DNA of 63,652 nucleotides, filler included, from a bacterium (GTDB lineage: Bacteria > UBP15 > UBA6099 > JAJRTR01), in assembly GCA_024278215.1 (NCBI GenBank). It is 5 parts of 5 records of this genome, joined end to end, with 100 filler letters (N's around TTAATTAATTAA, not from the genome) between each part and the next. Parts side by side here need not be neighbours in the genome. Positions count along the whole stretch, not along the records: positions 1 to 11,166 come from JAJRTR010000076.1; 4 more parts are not named here. The stretch is one strand, 5' to 3'. A model generated the notes under the pieces. The model worked only from the letters and a program-made list of their open reading frames with translations, did not search any database and was not told where the DNA came from. Of the stretch, positions 1-8,354 are shown piece after piece. The translations under genes were made by a program, and so were the position numbers. Every line of letters begins with the position of its first letter. Positions within the stretch are counted from its first letter, which is position 1.

Positions 1-192
1 AATGTCATAATTTGTTGATCCCCAGTTGGTATAATAGAAGTATAATGTTGGTTTTTGTAAATGATGTATTTGAATTGGATGCGGAAAGTCGACTGTAGCA
101 CCTGGAACATTAAGCAGGTCACTTGTAGTTTGAAAGGTTTTGAATACTTCAATGTTACTTAATCCGTCAGATAAGATTTCCTGATCTGCCAT
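1..192 (-). CDS. Partial ORF (MADQEILSDGLSNIEVF...), putative virion protein, runs off the window
   Basis: ATG at 192-190 overlaps the upstream stop (TAATG); frame is open to position 1. Confidence 0.6.
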   Translation of the reverse strand, partial: MADQEILSDGLSNIEVFKTFQTTSDLLNVPGATVDFPHPIQIHHLQKPTLYFYYTNWGSTNYDI

Positions 193-653
193 TAGCCTAT
201 AAACCTCCAGGTTATTTTCAATTCTCCGGAAATATTATTTAAAGCAGTTAAATCTCTATTGAGTAGCTGAATCCGGACAACATTCGATGTCGCATGATGA
301 CTGAATTTATGAATTCCCTGGTGCTCGAGGTAGAGTCTTCGAGTTAAAATGCTGGGAGTTGTCGTTAGCTCTTTTTCAAAAACTTTAATTTCCAGTTTCG
401 ACGGATTCGCCGCGGGATGTTCCCATCGGATAAGAAAGTCGAAAATCTTGCTGTGTACGGCGTGCAGGTTGACGTTGCCGGCCGGCGCGACGCTCGGCAT
501 GTCCTTCGGAGTCGGCATATCGCGTGCGACTTCCGTGAAACAATCTTTTATGAGAATATAATTCCCAGGCGTGATGACAAAAGTATCGTCATAGATCGTG
601 TATATGCGCTCTGTGGCTTTCGTGTACTGATTCGGAAGGTTATAGAATGGCAT
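192..653 (-). CDS. Hypothetical beta-rich protein, putative minor virion/vertex protein
   Basis: 153 aa; TAATG coupling at both ends; alternating hydrophobic strands (FDFLIRWEH, VRIQLLN, GELKITWRF). Confidence 0.55.
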   Translation of the reverse strand: MPFYNLPNQYTKATERIYTIYDDTFVITPGNYILIKDCFTEVARDMPTPKDMPSVAPAGNVNLHAVHSKIFDFLIRWEHPAANPSKLEIKVFEKELTTTPSILTRRLYLEHQGIHKFSHHATSNVVRIQLLNRDLTALNNISGELKITWRFIG

Positions 654-1246
654 TATTTCTGCATCCTTTCGTCCATCGGGAACATATCGAAAACGAGCCA
701 GCCGGAGGCCGATGCGACGATCTTACCGGAGTCCCAGCCGTCCGCCAGGCGGCGGATATACATTCCGAATTTCTGGTTTTCGTTAATGACAAGCCGGATT
801 TTCAGTTTGCATCCACAAGGCGGATTCTGCGGCACCTCGATAGCGGTTTGATCTCCAAATTGACGCCCGTCGACCATGAAGACCGCAACACAAATGCCTG
901 GCATGAACATATTCGACCAGACAATCTTCGCGTCGTCGATTATAAGCTTGCGCCCCTTCGGGACTGTATATTCGAGTACAGTTACATAGCCGCCTGTGTT
1001 CGTGTCGAATTCATAGAGATTGCAGGTGGAAGTATTCGCCGTAAAAGTCAAAGGTAGCGCAGACTCCGGCTGAAAAGCGACGTCCGGAAGTCGCTTAACG
1101 GTGACTCCGCCCTGGATCTGCCGCGCTATGGGAGTCCCGAGCGTGTCGCGTTCCAGAACATTTTGTTCGGCAGGCATCGCAAGGCCGCGCCGGCCGCCGC
1201 CGATCTGGCTCGGCACATATCCCTTTTGTCCAGGGTAACCCCTCAT
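653..1246 (-). CDS. Putative jelly-roll minor capsid/penton-like protein
   Basis: Gly/Arg-rich N-terminal arm followed by a beta-sandwich-like pattern (VLEYTVPKGRKLII...LVINENQKFGMYI...SASGWL). Confidence 0.5.
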   Translation of the reverse strand: MRGYPGQKGYVPSQIGGGRRGLAMPAEQNVLERDTLGTPIARQIQGGVTVKRLPDVAFQPESALPLTFTANTSTCNLYEFDTNTGGYVTVLEYTVPKGRKLIIDDAKIVWSNMFMPGICVAVFMVDGRQFGDQTAIEVPQNPPCGCKLKIRLVINENQKFGMYIRRLADGWDSGKIVASASGWLVFDMFPMDERMQK

Positions 1247-1248
1247 TT

Positions 1249-2061
1249 TCAGACTCCTATCAGGTTCGCGCCGATAAGCGCAAGTTCGCCGGCGTTAAAT
1301 GCGACTGCCGGGTCGTTATATGCGGTGATCGTGATATTGCCATTCGCCCGGAACGGCCGTGTTATCGGCAGCACTCCGGGAAGCTTCCCCGTGCCGCATA
1401 TCGTGCGAGTATCGACCGGCGTATTAAAAAGCGTTTTGCCGGAACTGCTGTCCTCGATCTGTATCTTCCACGGCCACACACGATCATGATTCATATTCAG
1501 GTAGTAGAGCTCGAACGGCTTATCGTTTAGTATCTCGATGGTGTCGGTGATGATCTGCCCGGGAAGAGAAAACGCAATGTCGACATTGTAGGCCGTAAAC
1601 TCCGCCCTCACGTCGTTACGCGCCAGGCTGTTACGTGTATACTCGCCGAGACTCGCCGGTGGCTGCGCCGCCGCGCCGCTCCGGAGCGTCGCGCCCACCA
1701 GATAGATACTTCCGGCGTTCGCCGCAATGAGTCCGTTTCGCGCGTCGATGCGTATAGTCCTGTTACCCGCGAATATGCGGGAGACGGGAAGTATCATAGG
1801 ATACTGGCCGTCGCCCAGCAAATTCACGGATGAACAGAAGTCGCGGAAGACATATTCGTTCGAGGAAGTATCCATAATGTTGAAAACGAATTCGTTCGGG
1901 TGCGAGGATACCAGGTAGTACAACTCGAAGTCTCCACCGCTGAGCAGCACTTTCGAGGCGCTGAGCGATTCGCTTGCCGCCGTAAAATCAAGCGGAAATT
2001 CGTACACATAATAATCTGCCGGGACTGTAACCCTCGGCTGAAGTCTATTCGTAGGTAACAT
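1249..2061 (-). CDS. Putative capsid protein with two tandem homologous beta-rich (jelly-roll-like) domains
   Basis: Internal duplication: FELYYL twice; LGDGQYPMILPVSRIF / CGTGKLPGVLPITRPF; NAGSIYLVGATL / NAGELALIGANL; GAGGAG RBS. Confidence 0.6.
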   Translation of the reverse strand: MLPTNRLQPRVTVPADYYVYEFPLDFTAASESLSASKVLLSGGDFELYYLVSSHPNEFVFNIMDTSSNEYVFRDFCSSVNLLGDGQYPMILPVSRIFAGNRTIRIDARNGLIAANAGSIYLVGATLRSGAAAQPPASLGEYTRNSLARNDVRAEFTAYNVDIAFSLPGQIITDTIEILNDKPFELYYLNMNHDRVWPWKIQIEDSSSGKTLFNTPVDTRTICGTGKLPGVLPITRPFRANGNITITAYNDPAVAFNAGELALIGANLIGV

Positions 2062-2106
2062 AATGAATACTCCTCTTTATTTGTCGTTATTGCTCGTTAT
2101 TACTCG

Positions 2107-2721
2107 TTACTGGACAGGCCGTTGCAGGAATCCGCCGAGCACGCACATAACCTGCTGCGTGGCTGCCAGATTCACGGGTGCGTTTGTGAACCTGATCGAC
2201 ACGTTGAATGCTTGATTCGGCTGAAGTACGATCGGTTTTGTGAGCTTGAATATACCCGAGGGATTCCGGCTACCATTCTGACCATAGATTTTCTCGAACG
2301 CGGCCGCGCTCGCATCCGCCGCGGCAAAGAACTGTGCGCCGAAACCGCTCGAAAGCAGCTTCACGGGTATTTCCAGATAGGTCTTGTCGCCAATGGTCAG
2401 CACAAGCCAGGTCTCATAGCGGAGCGCCGCGAGTATCTCGTCGGGGTCGTCTGCGAATTTCCCGAATTCGTCGTTGATGCCGACCTGTATTGAATGAATG
2501 CTGAAGCTGTTGCCGGCCGGGAGATTCCCGCCCTGGTCCATGTTCGTATGGCCCTTAGTTTTCTTCGTGCCGCTTATCGGGAGCGGCTGTCCGAATTTCT
2601 GCGTGAAAAAATCCATCTCGACCGTCGTCGCGTCCATCTCGGACGTATCGTATAGCGGCTGCTGGATTATCTGTCCGACGCCTGTCAGACCTGTAGCCTG
2701 GGCGAAGTTTTTAGTTTCCAT
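2107..2721 (-). CDS. Putative major capsid protein, single jelly-roll type
   Basis: 204 aa; QPLYDT..FF..TNM..GGNLPAGNSFSIHSI..PIVLQPNQAFNVSI..LGGFLQRPVQ beta pattern; AAGGAG RBS; position in the operon. Confidence 0.6.
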   Translation of the reverse strand: METKNFAQATGLTGVGQIIQQPLYDTSEMDATTVEMDFFTQKFGQPLPISGTKKTKGHTNMDQGGNLPAGNSFSIHSIQVGINDEFGKFADDPDEILAALRYETWLVLTIGDKTYLEIPVKLLSSGFGAQFFAAADASAAAFEKIYGQNGSRNPSGIFKLTKPIVLQPNQAFNVSIRFTNAPVNLAATQQVMCVLGGFLQRPVQ

Positions 2722-2763
2722 TTTTCAATCTCTCCTTTTTCGTTTTTTTCTTGATTCTTATGT

Positions 2764-3375
2764 TTATAGATAGCTGTTGTTTGCGAGATAGGATGCAGCG
2801 GGAAGTGATACATACTCGCCGAGTCCCGCGCCGGCGCCGCTCATCTCTGGCAGCATCCGGATATACTCGCCGACTTCGCCGTCGAGATACAGATCGTCCG
2901 CCAGGAACGTATCCGCATACTTCTTGCCAGTCGCCGTGTCAAATAGAGTTATGCCGCCCGAAAGCAAGCCACCGACCACAAGACCGTCGCACAACTGCTG
3001 ATTCTTCTTCTTGCGCCCCAGGAAATTTTCTCCCAGGATGCCGGCCGCTATGCCGGCAATCATCTGCACGCCGCCACGCACATAGCCCGACTGCGATTTC
3101 AGAAACGTATTCACCAGGGCGCGCGCTCCCATGAAGCCGGCCATAACGGCGAGGACCTCCGGCATCAGATATGCCAGGCGTTTCGTCATCGAGGACGGTC
3201 TCGGGTTTCTCCGGACCTTCCGCTTCGTCGCCTTCTTTTTGTATATCTTTTTTGCCGGGTTCCGCTTCGTCTTTTTCTTGGCTGTTTTCTTCTTTTTAGC
3301 CATGCTTGACCCCTTTCTTTTGGTTTTCTTCCTCCCTGCGGTTTTTCTCGGATTCATGATTAGTACACTGTGCAT
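2764..3375 (-). CDS. Lys-rich N-terminus (MNP/KRNP/RRNP) plus hydrophobic helices; putative DNA-binding internal membrane protein
   Basis: Highly basic first ~65 aa, about three Gly/Ala-rich hydrophobic segments, acidic GEY-containing tail. Confidence 0.6.
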   Translation of the reverse strand: MHSVLIMNPRKTAGRKKTKRKGSSMAKKKKTAKKKTKRNPAKKIYKKKATKRKVRRNPRPSSMTKRLAYLMPEVLAVMAGFMGARALVNTFLKSQSGYVRGGVQMIAGIAAGILGENFLGRKKKNQQLCDGLVVGGLLSGGITLFDTATGKKYADTFLADDLYLDGEVGEYIRMLPEMSGAGAGLGEYVSLPAASYLANNSYL

Positions 3376-3377
3376 CT

Positions 3378-3812
3378 TTATCCCTCGATTCCTCGCTCGG
3401 TGATCGTATAATCGCCGCCGATGATGTATAGTCTATTTCCTCGACTGTCGCTGCACAGCAGCGGTTTTGCCTTGTGAAAAACATGCCTGTAAGTCTCTTT
3501 CCCGCGGCGGCCCTTAGCCGCCTTATACTCGACAGCGTGCAGCTCGCCCAGGGACACCAGCACCTTCGGGACACCAGGCACTCGCGCCTTGATAACTTCC
3601 TTCGCGTCGCGCCCCCAGGAGAAGTCTTTGTAAAACGAGTCCGCCCGCCTGAGTTCACGCTCGATGGTCACCCGGGTCGATGTGTTTTTCCGGCTTGGGT
3701 TCTTCTTCTTCGCTTTTTTCGCCGTCGATTTGAGCGCCGGTTTCCGCTTCACGGCATTCTTTCTTGCGACAACTTTTCTTTTTTTCTTCTTTGCGACTTT
3801 TTTCTTCGCCAT
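3378..3812 (-). CDS. Lys-rich putative virion core protein
   Basis: MAKKKVAKKKKRK..KKNP arm, then a globular C-domain (YRHVF..KPLL..LYIIGGDYTITERGIEG); GAGGT RBS. Confidence 0.65.
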   Translation of the reverse strand: MAKKKVAKKKKRKVVARKNAVKRKPALKSTAKKAKKKNPSRKNTSTRVTIERELRRADSFYKDFSWGRDAKEVIKARVPGVPKVLVSLGELHAVEYKAAKGRRGKETYRHVFHKAKPLLCSDSRGNRLYIIGGDYTITERGIEG

Positions 3813-3819
3813 ATATAAT
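3791..3819 (+). promoter_or_regulatory. Sigma70 promoter driving the antisense cassette
   Basis: TTGCGA (3791-3796), 17-nt spacer, TATAAT (3814-3819). Confidence 0.65.
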
Positions 3820-3856
3820 TACCTCAAATTTCAATATTCAGAAAGGACATAAAACT

Positions 3857-4189
3857 ATGAATCAAACACCGCCTTTAGTTCTCGAAATGCAAAATATGAA
3901 GAAATCATTGAAAAGTATTCGTAACTGGATGATCGTTTTATGTTTTTTAGGTATGACATCCATAACACTCTTTTCTGCTGGAAATGCCTATTACATGAAA
4001 TATAAGTTTTCACAGCAACGAAAAGTGATAGAATTACAATCGGAGCAAATAAAGCAAATACAATATCAACAGCTTGCCTATATGAGAAGAAATGAAGAGT
4101 TGAGAAGGCAGATTGCAGAATCACAAAAACAACAAGATACGGCGAAAACAATCGCTGACATAGCAAAGATAATTTTAACATTATTTTGA
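3857..4189 (+). CDS. Small TM plus coiled-coil protein (moron gene 1)
   Basis: AAGGA RBS; TM segment (WMIVLCFLGMTSITLF); Gln-rich helix; AT-rich. Confidence 0.6.
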   Translation: MNQTPPLVLEMQNMKKSLKSIRNWMIVLCFLGMTSITLFSAGNAYYMKYKFSQQRKVIELQSEQIKQIQYQQLAYMRRNEELRRQIAESQKQQDTAKTIADIAKIILTLF

Positions 4190-4200
4190 GGAGCGATACC

Positions 4201-4374
4201 ATGAAAAAAGGACTCTTGACTCCTGAAGAACTGCACCAGAAGATCAGAGACACAAACAGGGTTGTGAATATAATGTTTTGGATTAATTTCATAATGTTTT
4301 TAAGTCTTTCTGTTTCCATATTTATTCTTTATAATTCAATAATTGATACGATCATGAGACTTTACGCTCAATAA
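4201..4374 (+). CDS. Small single-TM protein (moron gene 2)
   Basis: GAGGAG RBS; hydrophobic IMFWINFIMFLSLSVSIFILY. Confidence 0.6.
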   Translation: MKKGLLTPEELHQKIRDTNRVVNIMFWINFIMFLSLSVSIFILYNSIIDTIMRLYAQ

Positions 4375-4948
4375 GAACCATAGCGCTTAAAGCTGTAACT
4401 CCTCCAACAATCCAAGGTAGATTTTTTGTTATAAATACTTTGGAATTTGTTACAGATAGTAATTCTTCCGTTTTTCTTTTTGCCAGATATGCCTTTGCAA
4501 GATATGTCGTTGGAATTGCGATTATGGCCGCTATGGCAAGTCCTATAACTATCGGAGCAACCCCCAAATTAAGATCGTCAATTGTTTCGTCAGGCACGCC
4601 CGCCACCTTGAAATATGGCCATAGCAGTATTCGCAATCGGTTGTAAGCCTTTTCCGACTCGTGGAGCCTGGCGGCGAACTGCGCCTTCTCCGGGTCATCG
4701 TCCCGCATATAGGTAAGGTTGCGGCGAATCTGAAGGATGTCTCGCTTCATGCTATCGAGCATGTTCAGCATGTTATATGTTCGCACCTGAACCATCTCCC
4801 GGCCATGTCCCTGCTCCACCTGGTGGATGATCTCCACGAGATTATCTTTAACATCCTCGACCGTGCCGGTCGCTCGATGCCACCAGTCTTTTATCGTGTC
4901 CCAGGTTGAGGGTATTGTGTTTGACGCAACGAGAGTCATTTCTTCCAC
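4352..4948 (-). CDS. Putative virion membrane protein
   Basis: Helical N-domain and two hydrophobic segments (LGVAPIVIGLAIAAIIA; LPWIVGGVTALSAMVL). Confidence 0.6.
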   Translation of the reverse strand: MEEMTLVASNTIPSTWDTIKDWWHRATGTVEDVKDNLVEIIHQVEQGHGREMVQVRTYNMLNMLDSMKRDILQIRRNLTYMRDDDPEKAQFAARLHESEKAYNRLRILLWPYFKVAGVPDETIDDLNLGVAPIVIGLAIAAIIAIPTTYLAKAYLAKRKTEELLSVTNSKVFITKNLPWIVGGVTALSAMVLIERKVS

Positions 4949-5445
4949 CTGTCCACAAGAGTGAATGCGAGCACAGAGCCGGCCGCCGCCGCGCCATAAG
5001 CGATATACTTTTTCGGCACCCGCACATTCAGCAGCGGGATTGTCACGTTATCCTCATCCCCTGGCAAAGTAAAAGTTCCCGTCGCGCCGCCTGAAGGATG
5101 CACCGGCGCCGGCGCCGACGGTTTCGGATTGTACACCGGCACACTCGCTCCAGCTTCTTTTTTGCGGAGCCGATCCTGGTACCCGAGCAGCTTGCCGCTC
5201 AGCCCGTTTTTCTGCGCCTGCGTCAGCGCATACCAGTATCTCGACTTGATCGCGTTGTAATACTGCTCAAGATAGTAGTTGTCTGTCCGAGTCGGATTGT
5301 TTACCGATCTATAAAAAACAATATTGAATTTATCAATAAGCCTCTGTATCGCATCCGCCTGCGCTTCAGCCGTCGGCGGCCCGTAATAATTCGTCGCCGA
5401 CCTGCCCACTGTCCGATCTTGTATATACGAAGCTCCGAAGTTCAT
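4936..5445 (-). CDS. C-terminally anchored putative virion membrane protein
   Basis: Pro/Thr/Gly linker, C-terminal TM, basic RWKK end; AAGGTG RBS. Confidence 0.6.
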   Translation of the reverse strand: MNFGASYIQDRTVGRSATNYYGPPTAEAQADAIQRLIDKFNIVFYRSVNNPTRTDNYYLEQYYNAIKSRYWYALTQAQKNGLSGKLLGYQDRLRKKEAGASVPVYNPKPSAPAPVHPSGGATGTFTLPGDEDNVTIPLLNVRVPKKYIAYGAAAAGSVLAFTLVDRWKK

Positions 5446-5460
5446 TATTTCACCTTCCCA

Positions 5461-6213
5461 CTATATTTTTTTGTTGACAACCAGATACAACAGATATACC
5501 CCGACCGCCACAGCCATGTATGGGTAGAACTGTCTAAACACCTTAGGCTGAGTCGCATCATATTCGATGACTGTAGGCTCCGATCGCTGGAGCGGCGGCT
5601 GTGAAGGCCCGACTGGGATAGGATGCTCCGAATGTACAGTTTTAGAAACGTAAGGATCAGTAGGAGAAGGAGGACCTTCAGGATATTGAGAATTAGCAAC
5701 TCTGATGCGCCAGACCTGCCAGGCTGCCTGTATTCTGGATATTTCGGCGGCCGAAAGATGTTTCTTGTTTCTCATCAGAAACGCATGTACCGTTGCTATC
5801 GACTTTAAGGTATTGTCTGATATTGCTGCCTTTTGAACATTCGACAGGAAAGAAACATATATCGGAAGAACTGTATATTTTCTCACAGCATCATTTTTCA
5901 TAGTGTCATCCTCTGTTGAAGTCTTTATTCCTGAAGCGGCCGGTGGAAGCTGCGCCGCTGCATAACGCGCCTTATATGTCCTCCAGGCTTTAAAAAAGCG
6001 AGTCTGAGCTGGAGTTAGTGGCATCTTGTAGATCGTTTTATAGTGCCCACTATGTTTCTTCTTCTCGAAAAAGTCATACATCATCTGATAAGTTTTTGCG
6101 TCGAGCGGTCCGCTATCAGCTATTTTTATAAAGTTCTCTACCTCCGGACATATTTTCGCCTCTCTCGCCCAGTAAGCGGCATCAGCAACGATCTTTTTGT
6201 GTTTTTGCCCCAT
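5461..6213 (-). CDS. C-terminally anchored putative virion membrane protein
   Basis: Pro-rich linker, C-terminal TM (YPYMAVAVGVYLLYLVV), NKKI end. Confidence 0.6.
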   Translation of the reverse strand: MGQKHKKIVADAAYWAREAKICPEVENFIKIADSGPLDAKTYQMMYDFFEKKKHSGHYKTIYKMPLTPAQTRFFKAWRTYKARYAAAQLPPAASGIKTSTEDDTMKNDAVRKYTVLPIYVSFLSNVQKAAISDNTLKSIATVHAFLMRNKKHLSAAEISRIQAAWQVWRIRVANSQYPEGPPSPTDPYVSKTVHSEHPIPVGPSQPPLQRSEPTVIEYDATQPKVFRQFYPYMAVAVGVYLLYLVVNKKI

Positions 6214-6214
6214 A

Positions 6215-7132
6215 TCACTTACCGTTCATCCACAGGTATACCAGCAGCCCTCCGACGCCGACATAGATCACATAATCCTTCGGGATTTCGTTTCCCAGAA
6301 TATTTATAGTTTCTTTAGGCTTCGTCTCCGGCGCGGCCGCGCCCGCCGCGCGCCCGTCGCCAGGCACAGTAACATTCACCGTCGTAGTCGTTGAGGATGT
6401 CGCCGGCGTGCCCGTCGTGCCCGTTCCAGTCGTTTCGGTCGTTTCGGTCGTTCCCGTTGTTCCCGTTGTTCCCGTGCCCGTCGTTCCCGTGCCCTCATAT
6501 AAATTTATTACATGCTCGTATAGCTCCTGACTGATTTCTTTTCTCGCGAGCATATCATTGAGATACATCTTCCAGTCCGCACTACCGGCCTCATGAAGTT
6601 TTTTGATGAATGCCAGTTTTAATGTTTTATTAGTTATTGACGCCCATTTTTCGTCATTTGTCATCTGTGTAGTTCCTGTACTTGTCGTTGTAGTGCCGTC
6701 TCCACCATATGACTGTATTATCTGATCATATTTTTCGTCGCTTATTTGATTTGTGTTTTTTAAAATATCAAGTAATGACCGCCAATCTTTATTAGCGTGA
6801 TGATATTTCATTATTAATAATAATTTTTTAGATAAAGGTGGCTCCGGCTGATTCATATAAAAAACATCACTGTCATGACTCCATTTAGCGAAATTAGATT
6901 CAATACGTGAAATTTGTTCCGGAGTTGCAAGAGATTTTAAATTTTTATATTTTTTATACTGCTCGGGGAGATTTTGCCGCTTTTTCTGTTGATCGTAGTA
7001 ACTTTCAGTTTCCCAGTTTGTATAATTTGCAGCAGCATTAAGCTGTGCATCAATAATGCGGAGAAGTTTTTTGTCAGACTCTACGTCCCCGAAGTCGAGT
7101 ACAGCATCTCTGACATTGTCTAAAAAATTCAT
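6215..7132 (-). CDS. C-terminally anchored protein with a duplicated helical domain and Thr/Gly linker
   Basis: KLLLIMKYH..DW..IS..Y / KLAFIKKLH..DW..IS..Y repeat; TGTT low-complexity tract; C-terminal TM. Confidence 0.65.
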   Translation of the reverse strand: MNFLDNVRDAVLDFGDVESDKKLLRIIDAQLNAAANYTNWETESYYDQQKKRQNLPEQYKKYKNLKSLATPEQISRIESNFAKWSHDSDVFYMNQPEPPLSKKLLLIMKYHHANKDWRSLLDILKNTNQISDEKYDQIIQSYGGDGTTTTSTGTTQMTNDEKWASITNKTLKLAFIKKLHEAGSADWKMYLNDMLARKEISQELYEHVINLYEGTGTTGTGTTGTTGTTETTETTGTGTTGTPATSSTTTTVNVTVPGDGRAAGAAAPETKPKETINILGNEIPKDYVIYVGVGGLLVYLWMNGK

Positions 7133-7133
7133 G

Positions 7134-7736
7134 TCATTTCCTCATCAGAAGAATCAGCGCGAGACCGCCGGCCACCGCCCAGGGCAGATACTGTTCCAGG
7201 TCGCGCTTTGAAATATAATCGCCCTGCGGCTGTCGCGGCCACTCGATATTACCCGGGTCGATCTCCACCGGCTGCCCCTGCGTATAATCGCCCCACACCG
7301 TCCTATCGACAAGCTGCCGCATCGTCGCATCAATCATATCCTGCGTCGGAATAACACCCGTCGCCTGAAGCGACGTCCGCACCAGCCGTTGCAAGTCAGT
7401 CCATTTTTTGCCTTTTATCAATTTTGTCGCCGTCCCTCCGATTTTTGAGGCTATACCCGTAATTGATGATTGAACACCGTCACCCAGAGCACCCACAGCG
7501 CCGAGTCCGATCAGATACGGAAGCCCCTTCAGCGGTTTGTGTAGTATTTTGTGGAAGCCTTTTTTTAGTTTTCGTGCTATTTTTTTGAAAAAACCCGACA
7601 TATTCCCATCATCCAAATAATCGGAATAAGCCCAGGCTTTCATATCAACGACTTGACCGTCCGGAAGCTGAATATCATAAAGACCACTACTCGCCAGAAT
7701 CTCAAGATCATCTTCAGTAAGATTTTTTTTAATCAT
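7134..7736 (-). CDS. Membrane protein with a cationic amphipathic helix
   Basis: MSGFFKKIARKLKKGFHKILHK segment; C-terminal TM (LPWAVAGGLALILL); start placed at ATG 7736, overlapping the upstream stop. Confidence 0.6.
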   Translation of the reverse strand: MIKKNLTEDDLEILASSGLYDIQLPDGQVVDMKAWAYSDYLDDGNMSGFFKKIARKLKKGFHKILHKPLKGLPYLIGLGAVGALGDGVQSSITGIASKIGGTATKLIKGKKWTDLQRLVRTSLQATGVIPTQDMIDATMRQLVDRTVWGDYTQGQPVEIDPGNIEWPRQPQGDYISKRDLEQYLPWAVAGGLALILLMRK

Positions 7737-8223
7737 AAAGGAAAAACCGCCGTTCGATATATTTTTCAGGACCTTCGCCAAAATCGACATCTCTAATAGG
7801 GTCCATATCGTAAAAGTCGCGTCCTATAAGAGCCTGAGAATATATGTGATTCCAGACACCTCGCCGTTTTTGGGCTATAACAACGAACCTTGTTTTAATT
7901 CCGACCGATTCAAGTAATGCATTTAGCAATATCACTTGATCATCACAATCGCCGCTTCTAAACTGAATTGTCTGAATCGGAGTTTGCAGAGTCTCAACCC
8001 CTGCAATATCTTTACGGTATTTGATAGTATCACGGACCCAGTTGAATATAGTTTGAGTTTCAGCCATCGCGTCACGTTCGGGAGCCGTCATAATAATTGA
8101 AAGAGCTATCTGTCGTATTTTTGGATTAATCTTAAAATCTTTGACCATCTCCGCCATAGCATTAATAGTGAAAAGAAATTTCTCCATATAATTAGAAAAA
8201 TTATACTTAATCGCTTCGATCAT
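7729..8223 (-). CDS. Transglutaminase-like (Cys-His-Asp) protein, putative protease or cross-linker
   Basis: TLQTP..T....GDCDD...L..LL.SVG...RF......HIY......DMDP motif. Confidence 0.85.
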   Translation of the reverse strand: MIEAIKYNFSNYMEKFLFTINAMAEMVKDFKINPKIRQIALSIIMTAPERDAMAETQTIFNWVRDTIKYRKDIAGVETLQTPIQTIQFRSGDCDDQVILLNALLESVGIKTRFVVIAQKRRGVWNHIYSQALIGRDFYDMDPIRDVDFGEGPEKYIERRFFLYD

Positions 8224-8311
8224 TTATTTTTGTCTCCGTGGCGAGGACGGCGGACTTTTGGATTTCCGCCGCCCCCTGATTCAGGTAAAACACCACAGGG
8301 AAAAAGTCATT

Positions 8312-8342
8312 TAAAAAGCCCGCGGGACTCACGCCCCGCGGT
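8312..8342 (-). terminator. Intrinsic terminator-like hairpin upstream of the structural operon
   Basis: Minus strand: CCGCGGG stem, loop, CCCGCGG, followed by GCTTTTT. Confidence 0.5.
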
Positions 8343-8354
8343 TGAAACGGGTTG

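Noticed and set aside
3855-4319. 154-aa minus-strand ORF continuing the viral operon
   Set aside because: No clear RBS, whereas the overlapping plus-strand ORFs have RBSs and a promoter; not fully excluded
6380-6492. GTTCCCGT-type short tandem repeats
   Set aside because: Explained by the Thr/Gly linker of the 6215-7132 protein
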